Assembly: GCA_934098435.1 (NCBI GenBank)
Contig: CAKOOV010000005.1
Span: 16,750 to 80,749 of the forward strand
Direction: 5' to 3'
Length of the DNA: 64,000 nucleotides
Source: an uncultured Bacilli bacterium
GTDB taxonomy: Bacteria; Bacillota_I; Bacilli_A; RF39; UBA660
Both the position numbers and the translations under genes were made by a program. Position 1 is the first letter of the stretch. Each line of letters begins with the position of its first letter. Under the pieces are notes generated by a model, which was given only the letters and a program-made list of their open reading frames with translations, was not told the DNA's origin and made no database searches. Positions 30,404 to 39,603 of the stretch are shown here, piece by piece.

Positions 30404-30688
30404 ATGTATTGTATTAATTGTGGTAATAAATTAGATAAGCGGGCTATGTATTGTCCTAAATGTGGTGTTTATACTGATAATTATATTAAAAGTATGAGGG
30501 ATAAGCCTAGTTTTATATTGGAATTTTTTTCTTTCTTTTTTCCTTTATTTGGGTTTATTGTATATTGGTTTTCGAATAATAGTAAACCTAATAGAGCTGA
30601 TTTATGTCTTAGATATGCAGTGTTTGGAATTTTTATGAATATTCTTATAGGTATAATTAATTTTATTGGAACTACTATTAATGGCTGA
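30404..30688 (+). CDS. zinc-ribbon domain membrane protein
   Basis: N-terminal CINCG...CPKCG ribbon followed by two TM helices. Confidence 0.55.
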   Translation: MYCINCGNKLDKRAMYCPKCGVYTDNYIKSMRDKPSFILEFFSFFFPLFGFIVYWFSNNSKPNRADLCLRYAVFGIFMNILIGIINFIGTTING

Positions 30689-30746
30689 AGTATTGTATTT
30701 TTATTGAATTTATGTTAGAATATTAGTTGTAAAAAAAGGAGATTTT

Positions 30747-31289
30747 ATGGAAGATATTATTTTGAATACTGAAGAGAAGATGATGTTATCGATTGAGGCA
30801 TTAGAAAATAGATTTTTAAATGTTAGAGCGGGTAGAGCTAATCCTAGTATGCTTGATGGGGTTATGGTAGAGTATTATGGTACTCCTACTCCTATTAAGA
30901 GTTTAGCAAATATTTCTGTACCGGAGGCTAGGCAATTATCTATTAAACCTTTTGATAGATCTTGTTTGGGTGCTATTGAAAAGGCTATTTTTGAGGCTAA
31001 TTTAGGTGTTACTCCTAATAATAATGGAGAGGTTATATTTATTGTTATTCCTCCTCTTACTGAGGATAGAAGACGTGAACTTGTTAAACAGGTTAAACAA
31101 ATTGCTGAAGAGGGTAAGATTGCTCTTAGAAATATTAGGCAGGATGCTAATAAGGCACTTGAAAACTTAGAATTACCTGAAGATGAGGAAAAAAGGGGTA
31201 ATGAAAAGGTACAAGAGTTGATTAATGAATATAATAAAATTATTGATGAGAAATTAAAGGAAAAAGAAAAAGATTTGATGACTATATAG
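30747..31289 (+). CDS. frr: ribosome recycling factor
   Basis: RAGRANPSMLD...V.YYG..TPI...A.ISVPE.R and LTE.RR.ELVK motifs. Confidence 0.93.
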   Translation: MEDIILNTEEKMMLSIEALENRFLNVRAGRANPSMLDGVMVEYYGTPTPIKSLANISVPEARQLSIKPFDRSCLGAIEKAIFEANLGVTPNNNGEVIFIVIPPLTEDRRRELVKQVKQIAEEGKIALRNIRQDANKALENLELPEDEEKRGNEKVQELINEYNKIIDEKLKEKEKDLMTI

Positions 31290-31308
31290 TTATGTGGGGT
31301 GTTTGGTT

Positions 31309-31974
31309 ATGAAGAAGGTTTTTATTCCTTCGATGGATGATTTATATAAAATGCAAGATATGCATATAAATATATTACCATATTTATATGCTAAGGCTAT
31401 TGAAAGATTATGTATTGAATATAATAATTATCCTAAGATGGGAAGTATATTAAGAAATGAATATAAATATTTACGTGAGGATCCGGTTATTGCTAAGGCT
31501 ATATGTATGATGTATCCTAGTGAGATTATGTATTCTGATATTGTTAAATATGATACTGGTTTAGCTATGAAATTAATTAGTGAACCTAAGAATAATGATA
31601 TTTATAGATTGGATAATATTTCTTACTTTGGTAATAATTTGGATAGTAATTTATTAATTCAAAAAGAAGTTATAAGAATATTGTATAATGAAATTTATAA
31701 TAATCCTAAGTATCGTTTTGAGTATAAGGATAGTAATATTTTAGATGATATTTTTATGGGAAGATTTAATACGACATTATTTTTAGATGATATTACTAAA
31801 GAGCAGCTTGGTTATATTGAACCATATTATGGGTTGGATAGTGATATGTTATCTAATATGATGGAACGTTATGTGAATAGATATGGTATTGATTATATGT
31901 CTAATAATAAGGATATATTAACTAATCAAACTACAGAAGTTAAAAGATTATTTAGATGTATTGATAGAAAATAA
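31309..31974 (+). CDS. hypothetical protein (221 aa)
   Basis: ATG 31309 preferred over GTG 31294 (GGGGTG RBS-like 8 nt upstream). No motif recognised. Confidence 0.5.
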   Translation: MKKVFIPSMDDLYKMQDMHINILPYLYAKAIERLCIEYNNYPKMGSILRNEYKYLREDPVIAKAICMMYPSEIMYSDIVKYDTGLAMKLISEPKNNDIYRLDNISYFGNNLDSNLLIQKEVIRILYNEIYNNPKYRFEYKDSNILDDIFMGRFNTTLFLDDITKEQLGYIEPYYGLDSDMLSNMMERYVNRYGIDYMSNNKDILTNQTTEVKRLFRCIDRK

Positions 31975-32178
31975 GACGATGATAAGGAAATAGTAATATT
32001 AAAGATGCTTTATAGAGAGTTAAGAATGGTGGAAGCTTGACATGATATTTAATATGAATTCACCCTTTAGTTTTAACCGTTTATCTGGTTATAGATTTGA
32101 GTGTATAACAATTGTTATAAAGAAAGGTGGTACCACGGATATTATTCGTCCTTTTATGGTACTATCTTTTTATTTTTA
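31975..32178 (+). promoter_or_regulatory. T-box riboswitch leader with Phe (UUC) specifier
   Basis: GA/K-turn motif GACGATGA...AGAGAG. Specifier context GAA-TTC-A at 32059-32061. Conserved T-box sequence GGTGGTACCACGG at 32126-32138. A terminator alternative GTACCA...TGGTAC is followed by a T run to 32177. Confidence 0.8.
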
Positions 32179-32186
32179 GGAGGAAT

Positions 32187-32474
32187 ATGGGATATAATAT
32201 TGATTATTTACTTAGATATGTATCTATGGATACATATAATAAAATTATAAATAATAATAATGATTATGTATTGGGATTACTTAGTGATAATTATATTGAT
32301 GTTAATCTTAATATTAAATATTTAATTAAATATGGGGTATCTAATATAGATAAGATTGTTTATAATAATATTAATGATTTTATTGTTAGTCATAGTGAAT
32401 TTATTAATGTTATTAAGAATTATGAGAAGAGTTTATCTAAAGATGAAATTATAATGTTATATGAAAATAAATAG
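32187..32474 (+). CDS. hypothetical protein (95 aa) between the T-box leader and pheS
   Basis: AGGAGG RBS 4 nt upstream of ATG 32187. The track's upstream extension (32127) would run through the T-box terminator. Confidence 0.5.
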   Translation: MGYNIDYLLRYVSMDTYNKIINNNNDYVLGLLSDNYIDVNLNIKYLIKYGVSNIDKIVYNNINDFIVSHSEFINVIKNYEKSLSKDEIIMLYENK

Positions 32475-32480
32475 GAGGAT

Positions 32481-33521
32481 ATGATGAATAAGATTGATGA
32501 TGTTAAAAAATTAATTGAAGAGAAGTTAATTGGTATTAATAGTATGGAAGAATTAAATGCTATTAAGAGTGAGTTTTTGGGTAAGAAGGGATTTATTACT
32601 GAACTTCAGGGTTTGATTAAAGAAGTAGAAAATGATAAGAAAAAGGAATTTGGTATGAAATTAAATGAGGTTAAGTCTTTGTTTAATTCTAAGTATGAAG
32701 AAATTAAAAGTAAAATAGAAGAGGATATTATTAATAAAAGATTGGAAGAAGAGGCTATTGATGTTACTCTTCCTAGTGATGGTATTTGTACTGGTTCTTT
32801 ACATCCTTTTAATAGAATTATTGAAGAAGTAGAGGATTTGTTTGTTTCTATGGGATATGATGTAGTTGATGGTCCTGAGCTTGAGACTGATGAGTATTGT
32901 TTTAAGAGGCTTAATGTTCCGGAGGGACATCCCGCTAGGGATATGCAAGATACTTTTTATATTACTAATGAGTATTTACTTAGAACACAGACTAGTTCTA
33001 GTCAGGCTCATACTATGGAAGATAGTATTTCTAAAGAACCTATTAGAATGATATGTCCTGGTAAGGTATATAGAAGGGATGATGATGCTACGCATTCTCA
33101 TCAATTTGGACAGGTTGAAGGGCTTGTAGTTGATAAGGATATTTCTCTTGCTGATCTTAAGGGAACACTTGAAATATTTGCTAAGAAATTAATAGGAGAG
33201 AATACTAAAGTAAGATTTAGACCTAGTTATTTTCCTTTTACTGAGCCTAGTGTTGAGGTTGATTTATCATGCTTTAAATGTGGTGGTAAGGGATGTAATT
33301 TATGTAAGGGTACTGGCTTTATTGAGGTATTAGGAGCTGGTATGGTTCATCCTGATGTACTTAGAATGGGTGGTTATGATCCTAAGGTATATACTGGGTT
33401 TGCTTTTGGCACTGGTCTTGATAGGCTTGCCATGTTTAAATATAATATTCCTGATATTAGGTATTTATATACTAATGATATTAGAATGCTTAAACAATTT
33501 GATAGAAAGGATGAGGAATAA
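32481..33521 (+). CDS. pheS: phenylalanyl-tRNA synthetase alpha subunit
   Basis: HP......E....F...G, FRPSYFPFTEPS and GFAFG.G.DR motifs. Confidence 0.95.
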   Translation: MMNKIDDVKKLIEEKLIGINSMEELNAIKSEFLGKKGFITELQGLIKEVENDKKKEFGMKLNEVKSLFNSKYEEIKSKIEEDIINKRLEEEAIDVTLPSDGICTGSLHPFNRIIEEVEDLFVSMGYDVVDGPELETDEYCFKRLNVPEGHPARDMQDTFYITNEYLLRTQTSSSQAHTMEDSISKEPIRMICPGKVYRRDDDATHSHQFGQVEGLVVDKDISLADLKGTLEIFAKKLIGENTKVRFRPSYFPFTEPSVEVDLSCFKCGGKGCNLCKGTGFIEVLGAGMVHPDVLRMGGYDPKVYTGFAFGTGLDRLAMFKYNIPDIRYLYTNDIRMLKQFDRKDEE

Positions 33522-35896
33522 TGTTATTAAGTAGAAAGTTTGTAAGTGATTATATTGATTTACCTAAAGATGAGAATATTCATGATATTGCTGAAAAGAT
33601 GACTAGTATAGGTAATGAATATGATTATGAAGGTAAGTTAATACCTTGTAGTGGTTTGGTTATTGGTAAGATTATTGAATGTGAGATGCATCCTGATTCT
33701 ACTAAATTACATATATGTAAGGTTGATGTTGGTAATAAGGTACTTCAGATTGTATGTGGGGCTCCTAATGCTAGATGTGGTATTAAGGTAATAGTAGCAA
33801 TGGATGGGGCAACTCTTCCTGATAAAACTATTAGGAAATCTCTTTTAGCGGGATATGAGAGTAATGGTATGTTATGTTCTTTAGGAGAACTTGGACTTGA
33901 TCATAAATACTTAAAGCAAAGTGATTTGGATGGTATTTGTGAGCTTGATAATGATGCTCCTATTGGGGAGGATCCTATTAAGTATTTGAAACTTGATGAT
34001 GAAGTTATTGATTTTGAACTTACTTCTAATAGGGGTGATTTACTTAGTATATTAGGTATGGCATATGAACTTGGTGCTATATATAATACTAAAGTTAAAG
34101 ATATTGATTTATCTTACAAAGAGAATAATAATAATATTAAAGATTTATTATCTTTGAATGTTAAAACTAATGAATGTTCTTTATTCTTAGTTAAAAAGGC
34201 TATTAATGTTACTATTGGTGAGAGTCCTGATTTTATTAAGAATAGGCTTATTGCTTCTGGTATTAGACCTATTAATAATGTTGTAGATATTTCTAATTAT
34301 GTAATGCTTGAAACTGGACAACCGCTTCATTTTTATGATGCTGATAGACTTGGTAGTTCTATTGGGGTAAGAATGGCAAATGATGGTGAAGATATAACTA
34401 CTTTAGATGGTGAAAAGAGAGTTCTTACTAATAGTGATATGGTTATTGTTAATGATATGGATACTCCTATTGGATTAGCGGGAGTTATGGGTGGTTTATC
34501 TACTGAGGTTGAAAATGATACTAAGAATATAGTAATAGAGAGTGCTATATTTAATCCGACATTAATTAGAAAGACTTCGAAGAAGATACTTAGAAGTGAA
34601 GCTTCTAATAGATTTGAAAAGGGTCTTGATCCTAATAGAACTTATATGGCTATTGAAAGAAGTATGCATTTACTTGAGAAATATGCTGGTGCTACTATTA
34701 TTGGGGGATTATTAGAATATAAGGATATAGATATTAATGATAAGGAAATAACTATTACTTATGATAAGATTAATAAAGTACTTGGTACTGATTTGGATAA
34801 AGAGACAATACTTGATACTTTAGATAGATTAGAATTTACTTATATAACTAATAAAGAAGAAGTAACTATTAGAGTTCCTTCGAGAAGAATTGATGTTAAT
34901 ATTGAAGAAGATATTATTGAAGAAGTTGGAAGGATATATGGTATTGATAATATTCAAGGTAGAAAGATGAATCTTTCGGTAAGAAGTGGTCATGTAGATA
35001 AAACTAATAGAAGTATTAGACATTTGCTTTGTGATTTAGGTCTTAATGAGACTCTTACTTATACTCTTATTAAAGAAGATGATGTATATAAATATACTAC
35101 TGATAGTTTTGATATGGTTAAGATATTGGATCCTATGACTTTAGATAGATGTACTTTAAGATATAGTCTTATTCCTTCACTTTTATCTGTATATGATTAT
35201 AATATTAAAAGGGGTATTACTGATATTAATTTATTTGAAATAGGTAAGGGCTTTTATAATAAGAATAATATATATGGGGAAGAAGAGAGATTATCTATTC
35301 TTATGAGTGGTAATTATTATCATACTTTGGGTAATATTAGGAAAGCGGATTTTTATGTTATTAAGGGAATAGTAGAAAGATTACTTAATTATTTGGGTTA
35401 TAATGGTAGATATTATTTTAAAGTAATGGATCTTCCTAGTGAATTACATCCTGGTGTTAGTGCTTCTATATATATTGATAATAAAAAAATAGGAATTATT
35501 GGTAAGATACATCCTAATGTGACTAAAGATAATATTTTTGTTAGTGAGATTAATTTATCATTACTTAAGAGTATTAGAACTTCTAAAATGAAATATAAAG
35601 AGATTAGTAAATATCCTTCTATATCTAAAGATGTTGCTTTCTTACTTAGAGATGATATTACTTCAGAAGAAGTAATTAAGGCTATTAAGAAAGCTGGAGG
35701 TAGATTACTTACTAAGATAGAGGTATTTGATTTATATAAAGGTATAGGTACTCCTGAAAATATGAAATCTTTAGCATTTAAGTTATATTTTGAAGATCCT
35801 AATAAGACTTTGACTTTAGATGAGGTTATGCCTATATTTGAAAAGATTATTACTGAGATTGAAAAGAAATATAATGCTAGTGTAAGAAGTAGTTAA
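33521..35896 (+). CDS. pheT: phenylalanyl-tRNA synthetase beta subunit
   Basis: 791 aa with a tRNA-binding domain (HPDSTKLHICKVDVG) and B3/4, B5 and FDX-ACB domain order. ATGA-type overlap with pheS. Confidence 0.95.
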   Translation: MLLSRKFVSDYIDLPKDENIHDIAEKMTSIGNEYDYEGKLIPCSGLVIGKIIECEMHPDSTKLHICKVDVGNKVLQIVCGAPNARCGIKVIVAMDGATLPDKTIRKSLLAGYESNGMLCSLGELGLDHKYLKQSDLDGICELDNDAPIGEDPIKYLKLDDEVIDFELTSNRGDLLSILGMAYELGAIYNTKVKDIDLSYKENNNNIKDLLSLNVKTNECSLFLVKKAINVTIGESPDFIKNRLIASGIRPINNVVDISNYVMLETGQPLHFYDADRLGSSIGVRMANDGEDITTLDGEKRVLTNSDMVIVNDMDTPIGLAGVMGGLSTEVENDTKNIVIESAIFNPTLIRKTSKKILRSEASNRFEKGLDPNRTYMAIERSMHLLEKYAGATIIGGLLEYKDIDINDKEITITYDKINKVLGTDLDKETILDTLDRLEFTYITNKEEVTIRVPSRRIDVNIEEDIIEEVGRIYGIDNIQGRKMNLSVRSGHVDKTNRSIRHLLCDLGLNETLTYTLIKEDDVYKYTTDSFDMVKILDPMTLDRCTLRYSLIPSLLSVYDYNIKRGITDINLFEIGKGFYNKNNIYGEEERLSILMSGNYYHTLGNIRKADFYVIKGIVERLLNYLGYNGRYYFKVMDLPSELHPGVSASIYIDNKKIGIIGKIHPNVTKDNIFVSEINLSLLKSIRTSKMKYKEISKYPSISKDVAFLLRDDITSEEVIKAIKKAGGRLLTKIEVFDLYKGIGTPENMKSLAFKLYFEDPNKTLTLDEVMPIFEKIITEIEKKYNASVRSS

Positions 35897-35910
35897 GTCT
35901 GCTTCTTTTT
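35884..35910 (+). terminator. intrinsic terminator overlapping the pheT stop
   Basis: AAGAAGTAG-TTAAGT-CTGCTTCTT followed by TTT. Confidence 0.6.
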
Positions 35911-35911
35911 A

Positions 35912-35940
35912 TTGACACAGATAGTTATTAATGATAAAAT
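35912..35940 (+). promoter_or_regulatory. sigma-A-type promoter for 35969-37486
   Basis: TTGACA, 17 nt, TAAAAT. Confidence 0.55.
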
Positions 35941-35968
35941 TATAATGTAATATAAAGTAGGTGACATT

Positions 35969-37486
35969 ATGAGTACTAAGAAAAATATAAAGGAAATAAT
36001 GAGTAAAAGATATATTCAAATTGGTATATTGATTGTATTAATATCTTTAGTATGTTTAATGGGTACTTATGCTTGGTTTACTTGGGCTAGTCCTAGTAAT
36101 ACTAATGTTACTTTATCGATAGGTAATTTAGCTGATGTAACTTTTACTAGTGGTCCTGATATTAATGTATCTAATTTAGCACCTGTATATAATTATACTG
36201 ATGGAGTAAGTACTACTTTTGTTATGAAGAATAATAGTACCACTAATAATCTTAATTATGAAATAAAATTAGATGTAACTAGTATTTCTAATGAACTTAA
36301 GAGTGGATCATTTAAATATACTTTATTAAAAGATAATAAAGTAGTACAAACTGGTAATCTTAAGAATGCAGTAAATGGTAAAACTTTAATATTAAATACT
36401 GGTTCATTAGCTAAATCATCTACTTCTAATTATAAACTATATTTTTGGATAGATGGTAATATAGAAAATAGTTCTAGTATGATGAATAAGTCTTTGGTAG
36501 GTAAGATAGATGTAGGTGAAAAGATTACATATATAAATAATTTATATAATAATAGTACTAAGACACCAGTAACAAATAATAGTATTACATATCAGTATGA
36601 TACTACAAATAATTTAATGCAAGATACTGCAGGTAACATAAGATATTATGGGGCCTCTCCTAATAACTATGTATATTTTAATTGTGATAGTTATCCTAGT
36701 ACTAACTGTGAACTATGGAGAATAATAGGAGTATTTGATGGTAAAATAAAATTAATGAGAAATAGTACTATAGGCTCATATTCTTGGGATACATCTGCAA
36801 GTGCAGTAAACTCTGGATATGGCGTAAATGAATGGAGTCAAGCTGATTTAATGAAACTTCTTAATCCAGGTCACGAATCGGAATCCGTAGGAGGAAGTCT
36901 ATATTATAATAGCAAGTCAGGTACATGCTATTCTGGTCAAAGTAATGCTACTAAATCATGCAATTTTACTAGTACAGGTATAAAAAATGATGTTACAAGA
37001 AATATGATTGCCGAGACAACATGGAATCTTGGATGGTGGGATACTTCTAGTATATATTCTAATGTAATGTATGAAAAAGAAAGAGGGACAACAGTAATAT
37101 CAAATCCTAGTGATGGTATAACTAGAACAACTACATGGACCGGTAAAATAGCTTTGCCATATCCATCTGACTATGGCTATGCAACTGATTTAAGCAAATG
37201 TTCCCAAGTATTATATAATTATGCCAGTAGTACTGACTCATATGCATGTCGTAGTAATGATTGGATGTATCCGATATTGGGTACAAGTAACTGGGGAAGG
37301 TTATTAACCCCTGTCTCAGACTATGCGGACGTTGCGTTCGACGTGAACTCGATGAGCTATGTCAACAGCGGCCATCGCGTCTGTAATGCGTATGGGGTCG
37401 CTCCAGTCCTTTATCTTGGTTCTGACCAAGATATAGTGTCAGGGGATGGTTTGCAAAGTAATCCATATAAGTTAACTGGGAATTAA
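35969..37486 (+). CDS. exported protein with TasA/SipW-type signal-like N-terminus and lectin-like C-terminus (candidate DGR target)
   Basis: N-terminal TM/signal ending in GTYAWFT. The C-terminus WGRLLTP...AYGVAPVLYL resembles the ends of DUF1566/DUF6273/CLec-type domains by eye. Confidence 0.6.
   Translation: MSTKKNIKEIMSKRYIQIGILIVLISLVCLMGTYAWFTWASPSNTNVTLSIGNLADVTFTSGPDINVSNLAPVYNYTDGVSTTFVMKNNSTTNNLNYEIKLDVTSISNELKSGSFKYTLLKDNKVVQTGNLKNAVNGKTLILNTGSLAKSSTSNYKLYFWIDGNIENSSSMMNKSLVGKIDVGEKITYINNLYNNSTKTPVTNNSITYQYDTTNNLMQDTAGNIRYYGASPNNYVYFNCDSYPSTNCELWRIIGVFDGKIKLMRNSTIGSYSWDTSASAVNSGYGVNEWSQADLMKLLNPGHESESVGGSLYYNSKSGTCYSGQSNATKSCNFTSTGIKNDVTRNMIAETTWNLGWWDTSSIYSNVMYEKERGTTVISNPSDGITRTTTWTGKIALPYPSDYGYATDLSKCSQVLYNYASSTDSYACRSNDWMYPILGTSNWGRLLTPVSDYADVAFDVNSMSYVNSGHRVCNAYGVAPVLYLGSDQDIVSGDGLQSNPYKLTGN
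37307..37411 (+). other. GC-rich, adenine-poor NNC-codon patch (candidate DGR variable region)
   Basis: Hand count of 37310-37409 gives ~57% G+C and ~18% A. Codons: gac gac ttc gac aac agc gtc aac agc ggc cgc gtc gtc. Confidence 0.45.
37412..37433 (+). other. perfect hairpin immediately 3' of the GC-rich patch
   Basis: TATCTTGGT-TCTG-ACCAAGATA (9-bp stem, 4-nt loop), inside the coding sequence. Confidence 0.6.
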
Positions 37487-37497
37487 TTTAATGTAAT

Positions 37498-37527
37498 AAA
37501 AAAATAGGTTTTGATAACCTATTTTTT
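37498..37527. terminator. bidirectional intrinsic terminator between convergent genes
   Basis: AAAAAAATAGGTT-TTGAT-AACCTATTTTTT, with A/T runs on both sides. Overlaps the stop of the minus-strand gene. Confidence 0.7.
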
Positions 37528-37945
37528 ATATACATTCTACATATGTATCGTCTAGACATCTTAGTATGCAGCAGCAACCTAGATTTATTGTGAAGAAAGA
37601 ATTGGTTGCTTCGTAAGGAAATACACTTGATTCATCGGTATTTGGTGCTAGTACTCTACATGTAGCACAGCATCCGTCTAATTTTTCTAATCTAAATACT
37701 GTACTTGTAGTAGATACTGCTGGATCTTTACTTATTGGCATTGCTAATGGTGTTCCACCATTACCACAAGTATATAGAACGATTGGTCTAGTGTTATAAC
37801 ACAAGCTACTATTTTGTCCTAAAAAGCCTCTATCACAGGTTTCTAAACAGCAGTCATTTTGACATACGCTTTGTTGTAATATTAAAATAACTTTTAGGAT
37901 ATCTGCGATGCAATTTTCGCAAGTATTATTTTCATTGTTACACAT
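37526..37945 (-). CDS. Cys-rich CotY/CotZ/ExsY-like spore coat/exosporium protein
   Basis: 17 Cys. The pattern NC.ADIL..IL.LQ, FR.EKLDGCCATCR and INLGCCCILRCL matches my memory of the B. subtilis CotZ/CotY layout. ATG 37945 follows an AAGGGGTGG RBS. Confidence 0.5.
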   Translation of the reverse strand: MCNNENNTCENCIADILKVILILQQSVCQNDCCLETCDRGFLGQNSSLCYNTRPIVLYTCGNGGTPLAMPISKDPAVSTTSTVFRLEKLDGCCATCRVLAPNTDESSVFPYEATNSFFTINLGCCCILRCLDDTYVECI

Positions 37946-38057
37946 ATAATCCACCCCTTTTTTATATTCAATATAACTTATGTTAATTAATTATAAAAAT
38001 GCACTACTAATACCTAGTATTTTATAATATTTTTATCTATCTGTCATATATAGTATT

Positions 38058-38297
38058 ATGAGACTGGTTAGAATTTTGGATAATTATATTAATGATAAGA
38101 AGTTTAGTATGATATATACTAATGGTGGTATTGATATTGTTAATTATAGTGAAATACTTGATTTTTCTTCTAGTAAGATATCTATTAGATATAATAAATG
38201 TATTTATTCTATATATGGAGATGATTTGGTTATATCTAAGATGATGGATGATGAGATATTTATATGTGGTAGTATTGGTGAGATTATTTTTGAATAG
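38058..38297 (+). CDS. yqfC: YabP/YqfC-family sporulation protein
   Basis: 79 aa with a YabP-like beta pattern (I.IVNYSEILDFSS.KISI...L.I.G..L.I). Lies immediately upstream of yqfD. Confidence 0.65.
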   Translation: MRLVRILDNYINDKKFSMIYTNGGIDIVNYSEILDFSSSKISIRYNKCIYSIYGDDLVISKMMDDEIFICGSIGEIIFE

Positions 38298-38312
38298 AAA
38301 TGGGCTGATATT

Positions 38313-39506
38313 ATGAAGAAGAAGTTATTATATATTTTTTCTAGTAATGTTAAGATTAGGGTTAGTGGTAGGAATATTAATTTGTTTATTAAGAGGCTTA
38401 TTAAAAATAATATTAATGTTATTAGGGTAATACCTGTTAGTTATAAAGAGGTATTACTTATAGTGGATTATAATGATATAGAGAAGATTAATAGGATTAA
38501 GAGTATATATAAAGTTGATATTGTTAAGTATTATGGGAAACTTAGGTTACTTAGGTTTATTAAGAAGAATATTTTTATTATTTCTTTTTTAATTATTGGT
38601 ATTATTATGATATATATTTTATCTAATGTTATATTTAGTATTGATATTATTCATTCTAATAGTAATATTATATCTTTAGTGGATGGGGAACTTAAGAGTC
38701 ATGGTATTAAGAAATATGGTTTTGTTAAAAGTTATAAAGAAATTGAAAAAATTAAAAAAGAAATATTAGAGGATAATAGGGATAGTTTGGAATGGCTTGA
38801 GATTATTAGAAGTGGTACTAAGTATATTGTTAGAGTAGAAGAGAGAATTATTAATAGTGATATTAATAATAGTAATAATTATAGTATTGTGGCTAAGAAG
38901 AATGCTGTTATTAAGAGTATTATTGCTTATAATGGAGAGAAGGTAAAAGAAGTTAATTCTTATGTTAAGAAGGGGGAAGAGATTATTTCTTCTTATGTTA
39001 CTATGCCTAATAATGAGAAGGTTTTTAGTGGAGCTAATGGTAAGGTAATAGGAGAGGTTTGGTATGATGTTAGTATTGATTATCCTTATTTTTATAATGA
39101 GATATTATATACTGGTAAAAAGAGAAGGGTTATTTCTTTTAATATATTGAGTAAGAGTTATTCTTTATTTAGTTTTAAGAAGTATAAGAGTTTTGATATT
39201 AATAGGAAATATATATTTAAAAATAGTATTATTCCTATTAGTTTTAGTATTGATTATGAATATGAAACTAAGATTATTAATGATATTTATACTTATGATA
39301 CCGCTAAAGAGAAGGCTATTATGGTGGCTAAGAAGAAACTTATGGATAAATATAAGGATATTATAGATGTAGATAAGGTTATTATTGTTAATGAAAGTGA
39401 GGATTCTTCTAAAATTAGTTTGAATTTATTTATTATATGTAATGAGGATATTACTGAATATAAGGAAGTAATAGAAGAAAAAAATGAAAGTGTAAAGAGT
39501 GAGTAA
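38313..39506 (+). CDS. yqfD: sporulation protein YqfD
   Basis: 397 aa. N-terminal V.I.V.G.N...FI.RL....I....V motif, a single central TM, and size and context as in Bacillus/Clostridium YqfD. Confidence 0.75.
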   Translation: MKKKLLYIFSSNVKIRVSGRNINLFIKRLIKNNINVIRVIPVSYKEVLLIVDYNDIEKINRIKSIYKVDIVKYYGKLRLLRFIKKNIFIISFLIIGIIMIYILSNVIFSIDIIHSNSNIISLVDGELKSHGIKKYGFVKSYKEIEKIKKEILEDNRDSLEWLEIIRSGTKYIVRVEERIINSDINNSNNYSIVAKKNAVIKSIIAYNGEKVKEVNSYVKKGEEIISSYVTMPNNEKVFSGANGKVIGEVWYDVSIDYPYFYNEILYTGKKRRVISFNILSKSYSLFSFKKYKSFDINRKYIFKNSIIPISFSIDYEYETKIINDIYTYDTAKEKAIMVAKKKLMDKYKDIIDVDKVIIVNESEDSSKISLNLFIICNEDITEYKEVIEEKNESVKSE

Positions 39507-39603
39507 AATGTCAAATTATGCTTGAAAAAGAATAATATTTCTGATATACTTTAATCATAGGATAGAAGTTAGATCCGATTGAAAGAAAAAAGGAGAGAGA
39601 AAA

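Noticed and set aside
35969-39506. Search for a DGR template repeat, Avd or reverse transcriptase near the GC-rich patch.
   Set aside because: No second copy of the patch, no other comparably GC-rich coding segment and no RT-like ORF is visible here or elsewhere in the 64 kb. The DGR call therefore stays a hypothesis about a remote target.
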